NCBI GenBank assembly: GCA_963664705.1
Contig: OY761556.1
Coordinates: forward strand, 4,608,001 to 4,672,000
From: Acidobacteriota bacterium
GTDB lineage: Bacteria > Acidobacteriota > UBA6911
Direction of reading: 5' to 3'
DNA: 64,000 bases
The position numbers and the translations under genes were made by a program. Positions 59,988 to 64,000 of the stretch are shown here, piece after piece. Below the pieces are notes generated by a model that made no database searches, was not told the origin of the DNA, and worked only from the letters and a program-made list of their open reading frames with translations. Every line of letters begins with the position of its first letter. The first letter of the stretch is position 1.

Positions 59988-61997
59988 ATGCGCCTAAAAG
60001 TCAGTCAGAAGATATTCATCATCGGGATGGTTCCCCTGATTGCGTTTATCGGCTTTGCCGCATTCCATATCTGGCGCAGCCTGGATGAATCTACCACGAT
60101 GCAGACGATGCTGCTCAACATCGATCTGGTCAAAGCTGCATCCTCTACGATTAACGATGTTCAGCGCGAGCGCGGGCGCACCGCCTTGTTTCTTTCAGGC
60201 ACGAGCAAGTTCGAGGAGGTTGAGGCACTACGAAAGACTACGGACCAGCACATGTCCGAACTCCTGCAGACTCTCTCGCATGCAAAAATACCGGACGAAG
60301 CCAAGCAGCCAGGCGCCGATATCGCCGCCAGGCTGGAATCCATGCGCCTCGAGTATAACCGACCCAATTCAGGCCTGCGCAAACAGGAAATCCGCCAGTA
60401 TACCGAATTCATAAAAACCCTGCTGCAGCTGCAAACAGGGGCGGCCAACGCCAAAACAACAAGAGGTTTCGGAAAGGTGCTGTCAAGCCTTACGCTGCTG
60501 GAAGCTGCCAAGGAAAGCGCAGGTCAGTTGCGGGCCTGGGGATCCAGCATTCTGGCCGAAGACAAGCCGCTCGGCGATGAGGAATTCTCAATCGTACTAA
60601 AACTAAAGGCGGAAACCGATGCCCACCTTGCGTCCCCGGCCCTTATTTTGAAAAAGGAAACCTCCACAAAACTGAAAGAGCTCTCGAAATCGGAATCGTG
60701 GGTTGAAACCGACAATATCCTGAAAACCATAATTTCAAAATCACGCACCGGGAATTATGGGATTTCAGGCAATACCTTTTTCTCAACAATTTCAAACAAG
60801 CTGGACGGGATTTCCGCGCTGGTAACGATGGAAATGGAGGCAATGTCAAGCCAGCTCAAATCCGATGCGGCGGACGTGCGCCAGAGCCAACTTGCGGTAT
60901 GGGCTACGGCGATCATAATCTGTGCATTTACCATCGCCATTATCTGGATATTCACCAAAGACACCATCAACCGGCTGAAAACATTGACCGCCTCGTTAAG
61001 AGATATTTCCGAAGGCGAAGGCAATCTGACCGTAAGACTGGATGCATCCGCGCAAGACGAAATAGGAATGCTATCCGCATATTTCAATAAGTTCGTTGAA
61101 AAGATCCAGAAACTGGTGGGCGGCATTGTGGAACAAACTCACACTCTTGCCTCAACAGCCCAGGTTCTGACCGGGGTTGCAAGTCATGTCTCCTCACGAT
61201 CCACGGAAACAACGGACCGCACCTCAACGGTTGCGGCGGCAGCGGAAGAAATGAGCGCCAACACCGCATCCGTAGCTTCGGGAGTGGAACAGGCAAGCAC
61301 AAATCTTACCTCTGTGGCCTGTGCCACCGAGGAAATGAGCGCAACCGTATCGGAGATTGCGGCCAACTCTGAGAAAGCCAGAGCCATCACGGAGCAGGCT
61401 TCCAATCAGGCTCAAAGCATCTCCTCTTTGATGGAGGAATTTGGGCGGGCGGCACGCGAAATCGGCAAGGTCGTCGAAACCATCACCGATATTTCCTCCC
61501 AAACAAACCTGCTGGCTCTCAACGCCACGATCGAAGCGGCCAGAGCGGGTGAAGCGGGGAAAGGATTTGCCGTTGTTGCCAACGAAATCAAGGAACTGGC
61601 GCGACAGACTGCGGCTGCGACTGAAGACATCAAAACCAAAATCACGGGAGTTCAAACCTCTTCCGGCAGTGCCATCTCGGATATCGAAAAGATCGTGGGC
61701 GTGATCAATGAAATCGGTGGAATCGTCACAGCCATTGCTGCTGCAATCGAGCAACAGGCGACGGTCACCAAAGAAGTGGCGGGCAATATCAGCCGGGCAA
61801 CAGAAGGCGTCAAAGATGCAAGCGATCGAGTGGGTCAAACGGCATCCGTTTCAAAATCCATTGCGCAGGATATCTCCAGCGTCAATGCAGCGGTGGAGGC
61901 AATCGCACAAAACGGCCAACAGGTCCAGGCCAGCGCCAGAGAGCTGTCCACACTTGCAGAACGCCTGAATACTCTGGCCGCTCAATTCAGTATCTAA
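59988..61997 (+). CDS. Methyl-accepting chemotaxis protein with NIT-like periplasmic sensor
   Basis: Two TM helices, DVQRERG and KESAGQLRA motifs, HAMP (DEIG), [27 protein letters not shown]. Confidence 0.92.
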   Translation: MRLKVSQKIFIIGMVPLIAFIGFAAFHIWRSLDESTTMQTMLLNIDLVKAASSTINDVQRERGRTALFLSGTSKFEEVEALRKTTDQHMSELLQTLSHAKIPDEAKQPGADIAARLESMRLEYNRPNSGLRKQEIRQYTEFIKTLLQLQTGAANAKTTRGFGKVLSSLTLLEAAKESAGQLRAWGSSILAEDKPLGDEEFSIVLKLKAETDAHLASPALILKKETSTKLKELSKSESWVETDNILKTIISKSRTGNYGISGNTFFSTISNKLDGISALVTMEMEAMSSQLKSDAADVRQSQLAVWATAIIICAFTIAIIWIFTKDTINRLKTLTASLRDISEGEGNLTVRLDASAQDEIGMLSAYFNKFVEKIQKLVGGIVEQTHTLASTAQVLTGVASHVSSRSTETTDRTSTVAAAAEEMSANTASVASGVEQASTNLTSVACATEEMSATVSEIAANSEKARAITEQASNQAQSISSLMEEFGRAAREIGKVVETITDISSQTNLLALNATIEAARAGEAGKGFAVVANEIKELARQTAAATEDIKTKITGVQTSSGSAISDIEKIVGVINEIGGIVTAIAAAIEQQATVTKEVAGNISRATEGVKDASDRVGQTASVSKSIAQDISSVNAAVEAIAQNGQQVQASARELSTLAERLNTLAAQFSI

Positions 61998-63467
61998 ATG
62001 AACCTGTTCTTCACAAAACCACGCAGCGCAGCTTATCGGTACGGTATTGCGGTTCTTTGCGTCGTTGGTGGCATCGTCTTTCGCATCGGAGCGATGGGCA
62101 TCTTGGGCTCCCGTCTGCTCTATATCACCTTTTTCCCGGCCGTTATCCTGGCGTCTCTTTATGGCGGACTCTATGCCGGATTGCTGGCGACATTTTTATC
62201 CGCAATGGCTTCGCTCTGGTGGATGGAACCAACCACCAGTTTTTGGGCCGGAAGGCATCCGGCGGATCTCCTGGGATTTTTTGTTTTTGTCATCGCATGC
62301 ACGATGATCTCGATTGTCTGCGAAGCGATGCACCGGGCCCGGGCACAAGCGGCCGTTGCCGCTTCCTGGGCCAAGCTGGCGGATGATCGGAGAAGGGCCG
62401 AAGAAGCGGCCCGTGAGAGTGAAGCCCGATATCGCTTCCTTTCGGAAAATACCGGTGATGTCATCTGGCTCTTCGACATCGATCTCAACCGATTCACCTA
62501 TGTGAACCCTGCAGTGATTCGTTTGCGCGGATATACTCCCGCCGAAGTGATGGAACAGACCATGCAGGAGGTTTTAACGCCTGCTTCGTTCAAGATGGTC
62601 ACCGAATCCCTTCCGGCACGGATTGCCGCCATGGAATCAGGGGACGCTTCCGCCCACGTGCAGATGCATGAGGTCGATCAGCTGGGCAAGAATGGAACAA
62701 TTGTTCCCACTGAAGTCGTGACCACGCTGCTCCGGAATGACTCGGGAAAGGTGAAGCAGATCATCGGCATTTCCCGCGACATTTCCGAACGCAAAAAGGC
62801 GGCAGATGAATTGCGCCGGTCGCTCGATGAAAAGGTATCGCTGCTGAAGGAAGTGCATCATCGAGTTAAAAACAATCTGCAGGTTGTGGCCAGCCTTCTC
62901 GACCTTCAGGCCTGCCGTACCCAGGCGAAGGATGCACAGTTCGCCCTGCAGGAAACAAGGAACCGCGTGCGCTCAATGGCCCTTTTGCACGAAGTCCTTT
63001 ATCGATCCGGCAACTTCGCCAGCACCAATTTTTCGGCTTATGTCAGCGAATTGTGCAGTCAGCTTTTGGGATCCTTTGGCGTCTCCTCCGATCGAGTCAG
63101 ACTGCAGAATCTTGCATCCAGAATTGGAATGCCCCTGGACCAGGCGGTTCCCTGTGGCCTTATTATTAGTGAATTAGTCAGCAATGCGCTAAAACATGCG
63201 TTTCCCGATGAACGTCACGGTACAATTACCATTGAGTTTTTTTTAAGCGAGCCACGAATGCTCACGCTGCGCGTCAGCGACGACGGCATCGGGCTGCCGC
63301 AGGATGCAAACCGCTCCCAGGCTCGCACTTTAGGCCTTCAGTTAGTTGCCAATTTGGCCGATCAACTGAAAGGACGATTTTGTATTGAGCCCGGAATAGA
63401 TTCAGGAGTAGTCAGCACAATTGTTTTTCCAGATCCCGAGACTGTTCGTAGCAAGGGTGATTTATGA
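61998..63467 (+). CDS. Membrane sensor histidine kinase (DUF4118-like TM region, PAS, HisKA_2)
   Basis: EVHHRVKNNLQ, ELVSNALKHAF, DDGIG, LGL. Confidence 0.9.
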   Translation: MNLFFTKPRSAAYRYGIAVLCVVGGIVFRIGAMGILGSRLLYITFFPAVILASLYGGLYAGLLATFLSAMASLWWMEPTTSFWAGRHPADLLGFFVFVIACTMISIVCEAMHRARAQAAVAASWAKLADDRRRAEEAARESEARYRFLSENTGDVIWLFDIDLNRFTYVNPAVIRLRGYTPAEVMEQTMQEVLTPASFKMVTESLPARIAAMESGDASAHVQMHEVDQLGKNGTIVPTEVVTTLLRNDSGKVKQIIGISRDISERKKAADELRRSLDEKVSLLKEVHHRVKNNLQVVASLLDLQACRTQAKDAQFALQETRNRVRSMALLHEVLYRSGNFASTNFSAYVSELCSQLLGSFGVSSDRVRLQNLASRIGMPLDQAVPCGLIISELVSNALKHAFPDERHGTITIEFFLSEPRMLTLRVSDDGIGLPQDANRSQARTLGLQLVANLADQLKGRFCIEPGIDSGVVSTIVFPDPETVRSKGDL

Positions 63468-64000
63468 ATCCGGTAAGTATCCTGGTAGTCGAAGACGAAG
63501 CCATCGTTGCAATGAACATTGAAGAGCGACTGCTCGCAATGGGCTATGGGCCGATTGGCCGCGTTGCCAGTGGTGAAGACGCGTTGAGTCATATACAAGT
63601 CAAGCGTCCTCACCTGATTTTGATGGATATCCAGTTGCAGGGCGCTATGGACGGCATCGAAACGGCAACGGAGATTCGTCGGCATTTTCACATACCGGTC
63701 ATCTTCCTCACCGCGTACTCCGAGGACTCCACTCTTGATCGCGCAAAAGTTGCAGAACCATTCGGCTATATTCTGAAGCCATTTGAAAATCGGGAACTTA
63801 AATCCACAATTGAGATCGCCCTTTACAAACATCAGGCCGAGGAGGAAATCCGTCGGCTCAATCAACTGCACAGCGTTCTCAGCCAGGTAAATCAGGCCAT
63901 TGTCCGAAGCCAAACCAGGCAGCAATTGCTGGAGGCAGTCTGCCGCCTGATCGTTGAACGCGCCGCAATCGGCTTTGCCTGGATCGGGGAATTGGACGAA
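63464..64000 (+). CDS. Response-regulator receiver plus GAF protein (3'-truncated by the window edge)
   Basis: MNPVSILVVEDE, LILMDIQL, MDG, FLTAYS, YILKPF; ATGA overlap with the kinase. Confidence 0.88.
   Translation, partial: MNPVSILVVEDEAIVAMNIEERLLAMGYGPIGRVASGEDALSHIQVKRPHLILMDIQLQGAMDGIETATEIRRHFHIPVIFLTAYSEDSTLDRAKVAEPFGYILKPFENRELKSTIEIALYKHQAEEEIRRLNQLHSVLSQVNQAIVRSQTRQQLLEAVCRLIVERAAIGFAWIGELDE

Overview
A 64-kb chromosomal window from a Gram-negative, probably anaerobic bacterium. Acidobacteriota is suggested by TonB-dependent receptors with N-terminal carboxypeptidase-regulatory-like domains, but this is inference. In order it contains: (1) a six-gene Hyf-like membrane complex whose large subunit lacks the Ni-Fe cysteines (Ehr type), a degenerate NifA-like sigma54 activator, and three ion-transport or outer-membrane genes, each behind a sigma54 promoter with paired palindromic enhancers; (2) a complete group-II Mo-nitrogenase cluster nifA-nifHDKENB-fdx-nifV plus P-II and two Cys-rich PAS proteins; (3) tandem Tat-type aldo/keto reductases, an anti-sigma factor, a methyltransferase, a subtilase with a (GVLWGD)n tail, a carboxylesterase and a TPR lipoprotein; (4) a metal region with ArsM, a Cys-rich leader ORF ending in PTPPP before an OprC copper receptor, hypAB and an Fe-S protein; (5) GH3, a TonB receptor and TonB; (6) ArsR, cytochrome c, DUF1847, an MBL hydrolase and a DedA-rhodanese with an in-frame UGA in a C-x-U motif (probable selenoprotein); (7) a NIT-domain chemoreceptor and two-component genes. 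Several intergenic repeat families occur. I recognised no rRNA, tRNA, CRISPR array or transposase. All family calls come from motif recognition, not database searches.
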